53,732 nucleotides of DNA from positions 1-53,732 of the IMG/VR virus record IMGVR_UViG_3300017770_000016; one strand, given 5' to 3'. The notes beneath the pieces are model-generated. The model was not told where the DNA came from and ran no database searches. It was given only the letters and a program-made list of their open reading frames with translations. Numbering within the stretch: the first letter of the stretch is position 1; every line of letters starts with the position of its first letter. Below are positions 36,937 to 46,890 of this stretch, one piece after another. A program made the position numbers and the translations under genes. This DNA comes from a virus (Duplodnaviria; Caudoviricetes).

Positions 36937-37845
36937 ATGGCTATTTCAAGAGCACAATTAGCCAAAGAGCTAGAGCCTGGCCTCAACGCTTTATTTGGCA
37001 TGGAATACGCTCGTTATGAAAACGAGCACGCCGAGATCTTTGAAACTGAAGCTTCAGACCGAGCGTTTGAAGAAGAGGTGCTGATCGTAGGCTTTGGTAA
37101 CGCTCGTGATAAATCTGAGGGGCAAGGCGTTGCATACGACCAAGCTTCTGAAGGTTTTACTGCGCGTTACACGCACGAGACGGTTGCTTTGGCGTTCGCG
37201 CTAACCGAGGAAAGTGTAGAAGATAATTTGTATGACCGCCTTGGTGCGCGCTATACGAAGGCTCTCGCACGAAGCATGGCACACACTAAGCAGGTGAAGG
37301 CTGCAAACGTATTGAACAATGCGTTTTCTAGCTCTTTCACTGGCGGTGATGGCAAGTCACTTGTGGCTACCGATCACCCACTGGCTGGTGGTGGCACCTT
37401 CTCAAATCGTCCATCTGCATTTGCAGACTTGAACGAAACGTCGCTGGAGAATGCGTTGATCAGCATCTCTACTTTTGTGGATGATCGAAACATGATCTTG
37501 GCTCTGCAAGGAACCAAGCTGATTGTTCCGCCTCAACTGCAATTCGTAGCTGATCGCCTGCTGGAAACACCAGGGCGCGTCGAGACTGCGGACAACGACA
37601 TCAACGCAATCAGGAACATGGGTCTGCTGCCTCAGGGCTATGCAGTCAACCACTTCTTGACTGACACTGATGCGTTCTTCGTATTGACCGACTGCCCAGA
37701 TGGCTTCAAGCACTTTGAGCGCAGCCCGATTGCGACTTCTATGGAAGGTGACTTCAACACTGGTAACGTGCGTTATAAAGCCCGCGAGCGATACAGCTTT
37801 GGCTTTAGCAATCCACGCGCAGTGTTCGCTTCACAAGGCGCATAA
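36937..37845 (+). CDS. Major capsid protein
   Basis: MAISRAQLAKELEPGLNALFG...ARYTHET...DNLY...YKARERYSFG; AGGAGG RBS; followed by a terminator. Confidence 0.9.
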   Translation: MAISRAQLAKELEPGLNALFGMEYARYENEHAEIFETEASDRAFEEEVLIVGFGNARDKSEGQGVAYDQASEGFTARYTHETVALAFALTEESVEDNLYDRLGARYTKALARSMAHTKQVKAANVLNNAFSSSFTGGDGKSLVATDHPLAGGGTFSNRPSAFADLNETSLENALISISTFVDDRNMILALQGTKLIVPPQLQFVADRLLETPGRVETADNDINAIRNMGLLPQGYAVNHFLTDTDAFFVLTDCPDGFKHFERSPIATSMEGDFNTGNVRYKARERYSFGFSNPRAVFASQGA

Positions 37846-37864
37846 TTGTTCCACATGGAACAGT

Positions 37865-37898
37865 AAGAAAGGGGCACTTGTTGCCCCTTTTCTTTTTC
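37865..37898 (+). terminator. Rho-independent terminator after the MCP gene
   Basis: AAAGGGGCA-CTTGT-TGCCCCTTT then TCTTTTT. Confidence 0.85.
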
Positions 37899-37961
37899 TG
37901 CTGTATAAGTATTCCATCCCTGACAGGCGCATACCGTGCCTGACACTAGCCAAGACAGGAG
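37881..37961 (+). promoter_or_regulatory. Promoter plus structured 5' leader
   Basis: TTGCCC-N17-TATAAG (37881-37909); nested stems CCTG/CAGG and AGGCGC/GTGCCT overlapping the AGGAG RBS. Confidence 0.45.
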
Positions 37962-37967
37962 ATACCC

Positions 37968-38477
37968 ATGGCTAATACAACATTCAACGGCCCAGTCCGA
38001 TCTGAGAATGGATTTAAGTCCATAAGCAAAGACGCAACTAGCGGCGCAATCACTGAAATCACCACTTATGGTGGCGCTCCAGTTAGCCTTTCAGACGGCA
38101 ACGTAACACTAACCAACGCAACTCATAGTGGAAGGATTCTTCTTGTTCCAGACGGTGGTCAAGATAATACTTATACGCTTCCTGCTCCTGTTGCTGGATC
38201 TGTTTTTAAGTTTGTATACGCTGGCGGCGCTGCTGATGCTACGGACGCGCTTATTGTTACTCCCGGCAACACTAATTTTTATATTGGTGGTGTTACTTTC
38301 TTAGATACAGACGGCAACGAAGTTAGTTCAGTATTCTCTGATGGAAACTCCAACAGCAGCATACAGTTGAATGTGCCTGCTGGCTTTGAAGTAACTATTG
38401 TCGGCCTAAACACAACTAACTATCAGATCTTTGGACATGTAACGAGCACTACTGCGCCTGCTTTTGCTGACCAGTAA
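37968..38477 (+). CDS. Virion structural protein (capsid fibre/decoration-like)
   Basis: MANTTFNGPVRSENGF; beta-rich Thr/Gly composition; follows the MCP gene. Confidence 0.65.
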   Translation: MANTTFNGPVRSENGFKSISKDATSGAITEITTYGGAPVSLSDGNVTLTNATHSGRILLVPDGGQDNTYTLPAPVAGSVFKFVYAGGAADATDALIVTPGNTNFYIGGVTFLDTDGNEVSSVFSDGNSNSSIQLNVPAGFEVTIVGLNTTNYQIFGHVTSTTAPAFADQ

Positions 38478-38489
38478 TAGGAGAGCGAG

Positions 38490-38891
38490 ATGGCTGATAC
38501 AGTCACATCACAAACAATTCAGGATGACAATCGTAAAGCTGTCCTGAAGTTTACGAACATCAGTGATGGCACTGGCGAAAGCGCAGTAACCAAGATTGAT
38601 GTCAGTGCTCTTCAGGCAAACAGCAAGGGCGATTCCTGCACAGAGGTGGCGATATCAAAGATCTGGTGGCAGTGTGTTGGCATGGGCGTTCAGCTTTTGA
38701 ATGACGCAACCACAGACACTTTGATCATTGCCTTGTCTCCTGACTCTAATGGTATGCATGATTACACACCGTTCTCTGGCATACCTAATAACGCAGGATC
38801 AGGTAAAACTGGCGATGTTCAGTTCACCACGATTGGTGCGAGTAGTGGCGATACATACACTGTGATCCTTGAGGTCATAAAGAGTTATTAA
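38490..38891 (+). CDS. Virion structural protein
   Basis: MADTVTSQTI...KFTNISDGTGES; AGGAG RBS. Confidence 0.65.
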   Translation: MADTVTSQTIQDDNRKAVLKFTNISDGTGESAVTKIDVSALQANSKGDSCTEVAISKIWWQCVGMGVQLLNDATTDTLIIALSPDSNGMHDYTPFSGIPNNAGSGKTGDVQFTTIGASSGDTYTVILEVIKSY

Positions 38892-39568
38892 TGGCCACTT
38901 CTGGAAGCAGAGACTTTGAACCAGATGTTGCGGAATACATCGAGGAAGCATTTGAAAGATGTGGCCTTGAGTTCCGCACTGGTTACGATGGCGTAACTGC
39001 AAGAAGATCTTTGAACCTTCTGTTTGCCGACTGGGCAAATAGAGGTTTGAATCAATGGACTGTTACCAATAGCGCAACCACGCTTACCGTTGGTGCTGAG
39101 TTTATTGACTTGTCTGCAAGCACAATTGATGTGCTAGACGTTGTTATCAGAAGAACTGAAGGCTCTACGACCACAGACATCACTATGGAGCAGATAGGTA
39201 GGTCTGAGTACTACAACATTCCTACCAAATCGACTCAAGCAAGGCCGACTCAGTTCTTCCTTGATAAGCAACTGACTCCCCGTCTTTACATTTGGCCAGC
39301 ATCAGAAAACGCAACAGACCAGTTGATCATCAATCGCTTAGTTCGTATTGAGGATGCAGATGCTAGTGTGAACACAGTTGATGTGCCTTTTCGATTCTAT
39401 CCTTGTTTGGCGGCAGGACTGGCATACTACATAGCTCTTAAAAAAGCGCCTGACAGAGTTCAAATGCTCAAAGGATTCTATGAAGAAGAGTTTGCTAGAG
39501 CAGCTGATCAAGATCAAAGCAGAGCTTCTTTGATGATATCTCCAGGTCTAAGATCTAGGATAGCGTAA
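38891..39568 (+). CDS. Head-tail adaptor/tail tubular protein A-like
   Basis: IEEAFERCG, ARRSLNL..WANRGLN.W and PFRFYPCL..GLAYY motifs. Confidence 0.7.
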   Translation: MATSGSRDFEPDVAEYIEEAFERCGLEFRTGYDGVTARRSLNLLFADWANRGLNQWTVTNSATTLTVGAEFIDLSASTIDVLDVVIRRTEGSTTTDITMEQIGRSEYYNIPTKSTQARPTQFFLDKQLTPRLYIWPASENATDQLIINRLVRIEDADASVNTVDVPFRFYPCLAAGLAYYIALKKAPDRVQMLKGFYEEEFARAADQDQSRASLMISPGLRSRIA

Positions 39569-39909
39569 TGGCTTTTGCTTCTGGCAAGTATGCAATTGCC
39601 ATATGCGACAGGTGTGGCTTTCAGTATAAATACCTCACACTCAAGAAAGAGTGGACAGGTTTTCGTGTTTGTCCTGAGTGTTACGAACCCAAACACCCGC
39701 AGCTAGAGCCTATTCACAATGTTTCTGATCCAGAAGCTTTGCGCTTCCCCAGGCCCAATCTTTCTTCTGATGTGGTTGCCGGGGCAGGCGTTGTAAGAAC
39801 CATCGATGATAATCAGATGATGTCTACCACGGGGGATCCGATAGGTTCAGAATTCAACATAGATGGCGCAACTGGCTCTGTCGGAACAGTAACGGTGGTG
39901 ACAACATGA
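39568..39909 (+). CDS. Zn-ribbon protein of the tail module
   Basis: CDRCGF...VCPECYEPKHPQL. Confidence 0.7.
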   Translation: MAFASGKYAIAICDRCGFQYKYLTLKKEWTGFRVCPECYEPKHPQLEPIHNVSDPEALRFPRPNLSSDVVAGAGVVRTIDDNQMMSTTGDPIGSEFNIDGATGSVGTVTVVTT

Positions 39910-40541
39910 GTTTTACATTAGCGACACTGAAGTCTACGGTTCAGGATTACTGCGAAACTGCAGAGACTACGTTTGTAGCTGACCTTGATACATTCATAAA
40001 AGAAGCTGAAGAGCGCATACTGAAGAATGTAGAGCTTCCTGTGTTCAGAAAGAACGTCACAGGTAACGCAACAACAGACTTTCCGTACTTAGCTACACCA
40101 TCAGACTTCTTGGCCACATACAGTCTGGCACTGATCATTAACAGTGTTTACACCTATCCACTATTCAAGCATGTGACTTTCATAAGAGATTACACGCCAA
40201 ACGCAACAACGACTGGGCCAACAAAGTATTACGCCTTATTCGATGACAACACGTTTATCTTGGCGCCTACACCAGCTTCTGATTATTCGTTTGAACTTCA
40301 TTACAAATATCGGCCCGCATCACTGACAACAACGTCTGGATCAAGCACGACTTGGCTTTCTGACAACGCGCCTGATGCTTTGCTGTATGGCACACTTGTA
40401 GAAGCGGCTACTTTTTTGAAAATACCTGAAGAGGCGGCTCAATATGAGCAGCGTTTTATGATGGCTATATCTGCTCTTAAAAAGCTTGGCGAAGGCTATG
40501 GCGCAAGAGATGAGTATAGATACGATATTGCCAGGGGGTAA
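39906..40541 (+). CDS. Second adaptor-like structural protein
   Basis: FIKEAEERI, PTKYYA, LAPTP and TWLS.NAP.ALLYG.LVEA motifs. Confidence 0.7.
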   Translation: MSFTLATLKSTVQDYCETAETTFVADLDTFIKEAEERILKNVELPVFRKNVTGNATTDFPYLATPSDFLATYSLALIINSVYTYPLFKHVTFIRDYTPNATTTGPTKYYALFDDNTFILAPTPASDYSFELHYKYRPASLTTTSGSSTTWLSDNAPDALLYGTLVEAATFLKIPEEAAQYEQRFMMAISALKKLGEGYGARDEYRYDIARG

Positions 40542-40543
40542 GA

Positions 40544-40837
40544 TTGTCTTTGTTTGAAGCGCCTACCCTTGAGGTAGGCAATGTTTTAGTAGCAACGACC
40601 CAAGATAAAGGGCATGACCCAGAGTTTTGGGCAAAAGCTGCTGCAGATAGGATTGTGAGTGTTGGTGGAAACTGCCATCCTTTGATTGCTCAGCAAGCAG
40701 AGGCTTTCAAGCAGTCTGTAGAAGCAACTGTGGCGTTTTACATCAAAGAAGCCATCAAGAGCGACAGAACAACTTTGATCGCAGAACTAGAAAGACAGGG
40801 CCATGCTGACATGGCAAACATAATTAGGAGTCTGTAA
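40544..40837 (+). CDS. Conserved hypothetical protein
   Basis: VATT..KGH.PE...QAEAFK...AIKSDRTT. Confidence 0.65.
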   Translation: MSLFEAPTLEVGNVLVATTQDKGHDPEFWAKAAADRIVSVGGNCHPLIAQQAEAFKQSVEATVAFYIKEAIKSDRTTLIAELERQGHADMANIIRSL

Positions 40838-41268
40838 TGGCGATAACGACAGCAATGTGCACAACCTTCAAAAAAGAAATCTTGGAGGCAGTTCACAACT
40901 TCAAGAACACAGGTGGCAGCACATTTAATCTTGCGTTGTACACAAGCTCTGCATCTTTGGGTGCAGGCACCACGGCGTATACAACATCGAATGAGATATC
41001 AGGCACTGGCTACACCGCCAAAGGTGCAGCACTTACTCGTGTTGATCCTAGCAATGATGGCACTACTGCGATAACAGACTTTTCTGATTTAACGTTTAGC
41101 TCTAGCAGCCTGACCGCACGAGGCGCATTGATCTTCAACGACAGCGCCTCTGGTGACCCGGCTGTTTGTGCATTAGATTTTGGTGCAGACAAAACGTCTA
41201 GCTCTGGTGACTTTACGATTCAGTTTCCTGCAGCAGATGCGTCTAACGCGATTATTCGCATTGCTTAG
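40837..41268 (+). CDS. Tail structural protein
   Basis: FNLALYTSSA...GYTA.G..L...ARGALIFN...LDFGADKT...FTIQFP. Confidence 0.7.
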   Translation: MAITTAMCTTFKKEILEAVHNFKNTGGSTFNLALYTSSASLGAGTTAYTTSNEISGTGYTAKGAALTRVDPSNDGTTAITDFSDLTFSSSSLTARGALIFNDSASGDPAVCALDFGADKTSSSGDFTIQFPAADASNAIIRIA

Positions 41269-41274
41269 GATGTT

Positions 41275-41364
41275 GTGGCCAAGCAGGTTCAGCAGAAACG
41301 CATGACTGAAGAAGAATATCGACGATGGTTAAAACAGCAGAAAGACCGTCGCCATAATCAGTAG
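41275..41364 (+). CDS. Possible 29-aa micro-ORF
   Basis: GTG start after AGGA; MAKQVQQKRMTEEEYRRWLKQQKDRRHNQ fills the gap exactly. Confidence 0.35.
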   Translation: MAKQVQQKRMTEEEYRRWLKQQKDRRHNQ

Positions 41365-41374
41365 GATATAACGT

Positions 41375-41944
41375 GTGGCAAATGTTACAGGTTGGGGTAG
41401 AGGCACTTGGGGCCAAGGCGCTTGGAATGAAGCGATACCTGTTGAAGTCACGGGCGTTGCAGGCACTGGCGCGGTTACGACTGTCACGGTCAGCGCAGAC
41501 GCAAATGCCACTGTCACAGGCGTTTCAGGAACAGGGGCAATCGGGTCAGTCACAATCGTCCAGGGGGCGGGTGTTGACGTATCTGTCACGGGCGTGGCGG
41601 GCACTGGATCTGTCGGAACGGTTACTGTTACCGGCGGCGCGAATGCTGCTGTTACTGGGAATGCTGGGACTGGAGCAATTGGCTCGGTTACAGTCACGGG
41701 CACGGCAAATGTTTCTGTCACTGGAGTCCAAGGTGACTCCAACGTTGGGAACGTTACTGTTGCAGCAGATGCAAACGTTTCTGTCACGGGTGTTTCAGGG
41801 ACGGGAGCGATAGGATACTTCCTTGTTTATGGCATCATAAATGATGGCCAAGACCCTAACTGGGGTACTATAACGGATAGTCAAACACCGAGTTGGACTG
41901 CTGTCACCGACAGTCAAACTCCTAATTGGGAAGAGGTAGCTTAA
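41375..41944 (+). CDS. Tail-fibre-associated V/T/G repeat protein
   Basis: GWGRGTWGQGAW N-terminus; about 6 repeats of VTGVxGTGAxGxVTV. Confidence 0.7.
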   Translation: MANVTGWGRGTWGQGAWNEAIPVEVTGVAGTGAVTTVTVSADANATVTGVSGTGAIGSVTIVQGAGVDVSVTGVAGTGSVGTVTVTGGANAAVTGNAGTGAIGSVTVTGTANVSVTGVQGDSNVGNVTVAADANVSVTGVSGTGAIGYFLVYGIINDGQDPNWGTITDSQTPSWTAVTDSQTPNWEEVA

Positions 41945-44869
41945 ATGGCAACTTACGTTAACGATTTACGGCTCAAAGAGATTGCCACTGGCGATGAGGC
42001 AGGTACATGGGGCACCAGTACGAATACTAACCTCGAATTAATTGCAGAGGCATTTAGTTTTGGCACGGAAGCTATTACGACTAATGCTGATACTCATACT
42101 ACTACTATTGCCGATGGCTCTACTGATCCCGGCAGGAGTATGTTTCTCAAATATACTGGCACTCTTGATAGCACTTGCACCATCACTATAGGGCCAAACA
42201 CGGTCAGTAAGCTGTGGTTCATCGAGAACGCAACCAGCGGCTCACAGAGCATTATTATCAAGCAAGGCAGCGGCGCGACTGTCACCATACTGAATGGTCA
42301 GACCAAAGCGATTTACAGCGATGGTGCTGGCTCTGGTGGCGCGATGGTCGATGCTTTCCAAGACCTGTCTGTGCCTGATCTGTTCGTTGACGATGACCTG
42401 ACGTTTACCTCTGACGGTGCAGTCATCACTTTTGGTGCGGATGGCGATACGACTCTGACGCATACAGACGGTTCTGGCCTAACGCTTAATAGCACCAACA
42501 AGATTATGTTCAACGATGCGAGCCAGTTCATACAAGGCTCAAGCGCCACGGTCTTGTCGCTCGGTGCGACGGATGAGATTGATCTCACGGCGACCGCGCT
42601 CGACTTCAACGGCACTGTTGCTATTTCTGGTGATACGACAATAGAGGATGGCGCGGATCTTATCACCGCATCCGCTGGCACATCCAACGTCCGTATAGGT
42701 GTCAACGCAGGTAACAGCATTACCTCTGGCGGCAACTACAACGTGGTTGTGGGTGATGAAGCGGGTACGTCTTTGACTACGGGTGACGGTAATGTTGCCA
42801 TTGGTTATGCGGCTTTACAGACAGAAGACGCACATGGACTTAATGTTGCTATTGGTAATGCCGCCTTATTAAATTTGAACGCAGGAGACAATGCTTACAA
42901 CGTGGCTGTAGGCGCAAGTGCAGGAACCGCAGTAACCACGGGAGTTAATAACACCATTGTCGGAGGTCTTGCAGGGGACGCTCTTACTACTGGAAGTAGA
43001 AACGTAGTTGCTGGGCAGGGAGCGTTGAGTGCCGATACGCTTGGTAGCGAATCAGTTGCTTTAGGGTGGGGTGCATTAGCTGCACAAAACTTCACTACCG
43101 CGACGAATGCTCTCAATGTGGCAGTTGGGGCCGTTGCTGGCCTTTCAATTACCACGGGAATTCAGAATACCTTAGTGGGAGCGTTAGCAGGCGATGCAAT
43201 CACGGATGCCGATTTTAATGTGGCATTGGGATATTCCTCTTTAAGCACTAACCAGCTTGGAAGTCGTTCAGTAGCGGTTGGCTACAATGCTCTCCTTACA
43301 CAAAACCCAGCTACTGCTACGGATATGTACAACGTGGCGGTAGGGCATAACGCAGGAAGAAATGTCACCACTGGAACTTTTAACACTATCTTGGGTGGTA
43401 CGGCAGCAGATGCGATTACAGCAGGGACAAGAAATGTCGCCATCGGTTACGGCGCTCTGACATCTGACACGTTAGGTTCAAAATCAATCGCCATTGGTGT
43501 GGGCGCTTTAGATACCCAAAACTACACTACAGCTACCGACAGCTTAAATACAGCCGTTGGACACGGTGTAGGTTCGTCGATAACTACGGGAATTCAAAAC
43601 ACTCTCATCGGTGCGTTAGCTGGTGACGCACTCACAGATGCGGATTTTAACGTGGCTTTAGGAGCATTTGCTTTAACCTCAGACACGCTCGGATCTCAGA
43701 GCACTGCACTCGGATTCGGGACGTTGCAGAGCCAAAACTTCACAACAGCTACAACTACTTACAACACAGCAGTTGGGGTGAATGCAGGGGCGTCAGTCAC
43801 CACGGGAACCCAGAACACTATTATCGGCGGTCTTGCTGGTGATGCTCTGACAGCTAGCGATTTCAACGTAGCCGTAGGTTATGGAGCTTTGAGTTCGGAC
43901 ACTTTAGGTGCTAGGAATGTTGCAATTGGTCAAGAGGCATTAGGCTCTCAAAACTTTACTACAGCAACAACTGTTTATAACACCGCAGTGGGGATGCAAG
44001 CAGGGCGATTAATCACTACGGCTGAACAAACAACTCTTGTTGGCGGTCTTGCTGGTGATGAACTAACGACTGGTGGAAGTAATGTTGCCGTCGGCTATGC
44101 AGCTCTTTCTACAGCTCAGATAAACACCGCAAATACAGCAGTTGGTGCTTTAGCTTTACTCAACGCGATTAACACGGGAATCACCTCGACCTTCAATACC
44201 GCAGTAGGATACGCCGCAGGAGACAGCTTAGCTAACGGGGTAAACAACACGCTTGTTGGGGCACTAGCGGGGGATGCCCTACAATCCGGAGACTCAAACT
44301 GTTTCTTTGGTAAAGACGCTGGCGACAGCACTACAAGCGGCGATAAAAACATTTGCATTGGGCAGAATGCTAACAACGCATCAGCGTCTGGCAGCAATGC
44401 AATTGTAATCGGTCACGATATAACTGGAGCAAGCAACGATTTTAGTTTCGGTAAAGCATCAAACATCGTAAGTAACGATTTTGACACCGACGCTAACTGG
44501 TCGCGCTCCTCTGACCAAAGACTCAAAAAGAACATAGCTGATTCAACGCTAGGCTTGTCCTTCATAAACGCTCTACGCCCTGTTAAATATAATTGGAAAC
44601 CTAGCCATGAGCTTGATTCTTCAGATGCTCAACTAGCGCACCGTTACAAAGAAAACCCTGAAGACAATGAAATGAACACAGAAGCGACGATGTATAACTT
44701 CATCGCGCAAGAAGTGAAGGCTGCGTTGGATGCAGCAGGTGTTTCAGATTTCAGCGGCTGGAGCGAAGATCAGTGGGGTGTTCAACAAGTATCGCGTGAA
44801 ATGTTCATCATGCCGCTAGTCAAAGCAGTTCAAGAACTAACGGCTCGTATTGAAGCCCTTGAATCATAA
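41945..44869 (+). CDS. Tail fibre/spike with NxAVG beta-roll repeats and a C-terminal S74 chaperone
   Basis: GTWGTSTNTNL anchor; many NTAVG/NVAIG repeats; SSDQRLKKNI...FIAQEV...PLVKAVQELTARIEALE. Confidence 0.88.
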   Translation: MATYVNDLRLKEIATGDEAGTWGTSTNTNLELIAEAFSFGTEAITTNADTHTTTIADGSTDPGRSMFLKYTGTLDSTCTITIGPNTVSKLWFIENATSGSQSIIIKQGSGATVTILNGQTKAIYSDGAGSGGAMVDAFQDLSVPDLFVDDDLTFTSDGAVITFGADGDTTLTHTDGSGLTLNSTNKIMFNDASQFIQGSSATVLSLGATDEIDLTATALDFNGTVAISGDTTIEDGADLITASAGTSNVRIGVNAGNSITSGGNYNVVVGDEAGTSLTTGDGNVAIGYAALQTEDAHGLNVAIGNAALLNLNAGDNAYNVAVGASAGTAVTTGVNNTIVGGLAGDALTTGSRNVVAGQGALSADTLGSESVALGWGALAAQNFTTATNALNVAVGAVAGLSITTGIQNTLVGALAGDAITDADFNVALGYSSLSTNQLGSRSVAVGYNALLTQNPATATDMYNVAVGHNAGRNVTTGTFNTILGGTAADAITAGTRNVAIGYGALTSDTLGSKSIAIGVGALDTQNYTTATDSLNTAVGHGVGSSITTGIQNTLIGALAGDALTDADFNVALGAFALTSDTLGSQSTALGFGTLQSQNFTTATTTYNTAVGVNAGASVTTGTQNTIIGGLAGDALTASDFNVAVGYGALSSDTLGARNVAIGQEALGSQNFTTATTVYNTAVGMQAGRLITTAEQTTLVGGLAGDELTTGGSNVAVGYAALSTAQINTANTAVGALALLNAINTGITSTFNTAVGYAAGDSLANGVNNTLVGALAGDALQSGDSNCFFGKDAGDSTTSGDKNICIGQNANNASASGSNAIVIGHDITGASNDFSFGKASNIVSNDFDTDANWSRSSDQRLKKNIADSTLGLSFINALRPVKYNWKPSHELDSSDAQLAHRYKENPEDNEMNTEATMYNFIAQEVKAALDAAGVSDFSGWSEDQWGVQQVSREMFIMPLVKAVQELTARIEALES

Positions 44870-44879
44870 GGAGGACGAA

Positions 44880-45131
44880 ATGTCTGAAGTAAGAACCGAC
44901 GAAGAAAAAGCCAAGATGTATCAAGCGATGCTCGATGGCGCGAATGTCATCACCAGTGTGCTGGACAGCAGCAATGAATATGGCAATGACCTGACCAACA
45001 CTGAAAAGCAGGCAAAAGTTTTGCGTAGCTCTGGCTATCTTGAATACGGCAAGGCGCTTGGCGATTGGGGATCAGAAGACTTCTCTGCCATTGACTCTGC
45101 CGTTACCGCAGCCAAAGCATATACACCATAA
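44880..45131 (+). CDS. Small tail-fibre-associated protein
   Basis: AGGAGG RBS; DWGSEDFSAIDSAV. Confidence 0.65.
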   Translation: MSEVRTDEEKAKMYQAMLDGANVITSVLDSSNEYGNDLTNTEKQAKVLRSSGYLEYGKALGDWGSEDFSAIDSAVTAAKAYTP

Positions 45132-45144
45132 GGAAAAATAGACC

Positions 45145-45327
45145 GTGCAAATTAGCCTAGAAGAAAACGAGATCAATGCAATCCTAGCGATACTGGGCGA
45201 TATGCCAAGTAAGTCAGGCACTTGGCCTTTGATGATGAAGATTAAAGTGCAAGCTGACGCGCAACTCGTTGAGCCAGAAGAAGACGAAGGCGACGAAGAA
45301 GAGACTGAAGAAGTCGTAAATGGCTGA
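45145..45327 (+). CDS. Small hypothetical protein
   Basis: 60 aa; L.DMP.K motif; acidic tail. Confidence 0.6.
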   Translation: MQISLEENEINAILAILGDMPSKSGTWPLMMKIKVQADAQLVEPEEDEGDEEETEEVVNG

Positions 45328-46033
45328 GATTCAGTTTCAGATGCACCCGCTGCCGTCAGTGTTCCTGATGGAGTTGGACATTCCGACAGAGTTCGTTGAA
45401 TCGTGTAATGACTACCTCGATGAGTTAGTCACACAAAACGATAAGGTCAGCGCGGCGCATACGTTGGTGGGCCAGATCAAGACAGGCGAGCAGCTTGTAA
45501 TGGATCACGAAGATTCTAGGCTGGCACCGTTTTCTAGGTTCTTGTGCGAGATGGGCGTGACGTATATTAACCAGTTCATGGCCCAATCTGGTCAGGTGCT
45601 GGACGGGAACAGAAACGTCGAGATGGATGAGCTATGGTCAGTCCACAGTTATGAGGGTGATTACAACCCGATACATGACCACGGCACGAAAACGGTGATG
45701 GGTATTAGCTGTACGACATGGACGAAGGTGCCGCCACAGATAGTGCAGGGGCCAAGGCCGGGATCGCAAGAATACGGGCTATACAATGCCTCTGGCGAAA
45801 GCGATGGTTGTCTCTGCTTCAACTACGGGCAAAGCAGCACATGGGATAGAGAACGGCTCAAGCCTACGCAGAATGTCGTAGTGAGGCCACAAGTAGGTAG
45901 GCTATATATGTTTCCTAGTTGGATGCAGCACATGGTCTACCCTTTTCAGGGCGAAGGTGAGCGAAGGACGGTAGCTGCCAATATAAATTGCTTTCCTGTG
46001 CAGAATGAAGGAGCGGTAAATGACACCCACTGA
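45320..46033 (+). CDS. Putative 2OG-Fe(II) oxygenase
   Basis: GDYNPIHDH...MFPSWMQHMVYPF...ERRTVAAN (HxH...H...R). Confidence 0.8.
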   Translation: MAEIQFQMHPLPSVFLMELDIPTEFVESCNDYLDELVTQNDKVSAAHTLVGQIKTGEQLVMDHEDSRLAPFSRFLCEMGVTYINQFMAQSGQVLDGNRNVEMDELWSVHSYEGDYNPIHDHGTKTVMGISCTTWTKVPPQIVQGPRPGSQEYGLYNASGESDGCLCFNYGQSSTWDRERLKPTQNVVVRPQVGRLYMFPSWMQHMVYPFQGEGERRTVAANINCFPVQNEGAVNDTH

Positions 46034-46202
46034 GAAGGCAATAGCCCAGATTGAAGCGCATGAGCGTGAGTGTGCGGTACGTTACGAGGCTATCGAAAAG
46101 CGCCTCGCTTCTGGCAGCAAACGATTTGATCGTCTCGAAATGATGATTTGGGGGGTCTACGTCACAGTCGTTGTAGCTGTAGCTTTACCGCAATTTATTT
46201 GA
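46020..46202 (+). CDS. Small coiled-coil + TM protein (XhlA-like)
   Basis: HERECAVRY...RFDRLE followed by a hydrophobic C-terminus. Confidence 0.65.
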   Translation: MTPTEKAIAQIEAHERECAVRYEAIEKRLASGSKRFDRLEMMIWGVYVTVVVAVALPQFI

Positions 46203-46212
46203 GGTAAGTCCT

Positions 46213-46677
46213 ATGGTGATCGAATCTGTCGCAGCGGCTGGGATGCTGCTGAACCAAATTAACCAAGTAATTCAGCAGGTTAACGAGACAGGTTCGGGCG
46301 TGCAGCAGGCGATGGGACTGATCTCCGACTTTGGAGAAGCCCTTAACACGTTTGAAGTAGACCGTAAAAACTCTACGTTCAAGGCTCTTAGCCAAAATGA
46401 CATCCTCAAGATACAGATGCTTCGTAGGCAGTATGAGAGACATTGGCAAAGCGTAAATGACTTGCTTTTGGTTGCTGATCCTAAGCTCTTAGAAGATTTC
46501 AAAAGGGCCAAAAAAGAACAGGAAGAAGCGCGGCAGAGGCACTTAGCGATGTTAGCTCGAAAGAAAAAAGCGCGTGCTCTCCTCATTAGCCAACTTTTAG
46601 TCGGAGGAACCACGCTCCTCCTTGGTGGAGCAATAGCGGTTGGGGCCATAGTGTTAATCATTAAGATATTCGGATGA
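46213..46677 (+). CDS. Coiled-coil protein with a C-terminal TM helix
   Basis: 154 aa; GAGG RBS. Confidence 0.65.
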   Translation: MVIESVAAAGMLLNQINQVIQQVNETGSGVQQAMGLISDFGEALNTFEVDRKNSTFKALSQNDILKIQMLRRQYERHWQSVNDLLLVADPKLLEDFKRAKKEQEEARQRHLAMLARKKKARALLISQLLVGGTTLLLGGAIAVGAIVLIIKIFG

Positions 46678-46889
46678 TAATGGCGTTCCTGCTAGTTATG
46701 CTGGTCGAAGGCGAACAAGTCGCGGGCCAGTTTCACTTCCGCAACATCCACAGGTGCAATCAATTTGCTTACTGGCTGGAACAAGGCACGGTCAAACCTG
46801 TAGAGCGCAGGCGGTTGAACAATCAGCAAAACATTACAGCCTACTGTATCCCTGTTAAAGTCAGGCCAAACATACAATTCTATGACTGA
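46674..46889 (+). CDS. Small hypothetical protein
   Basis: Hydrophobic N-terminus; C..FA...AYCIP. Confidence 0.6.
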   Translation: MIMAFLLVMLVEGEQVAGQFHFRNIHRCNQFAYWLEQGTVKPVERRRLNNQQNITAYCIPVKVRPNIQFYD

Positions 46890-46890
46890 T

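Noticed and set aside
41945-44869. Diversity-generating retroelement acting on the tail fibre
   Set aside because: No reverse transcriptase and no template/variable repeat pair differing only at adenines
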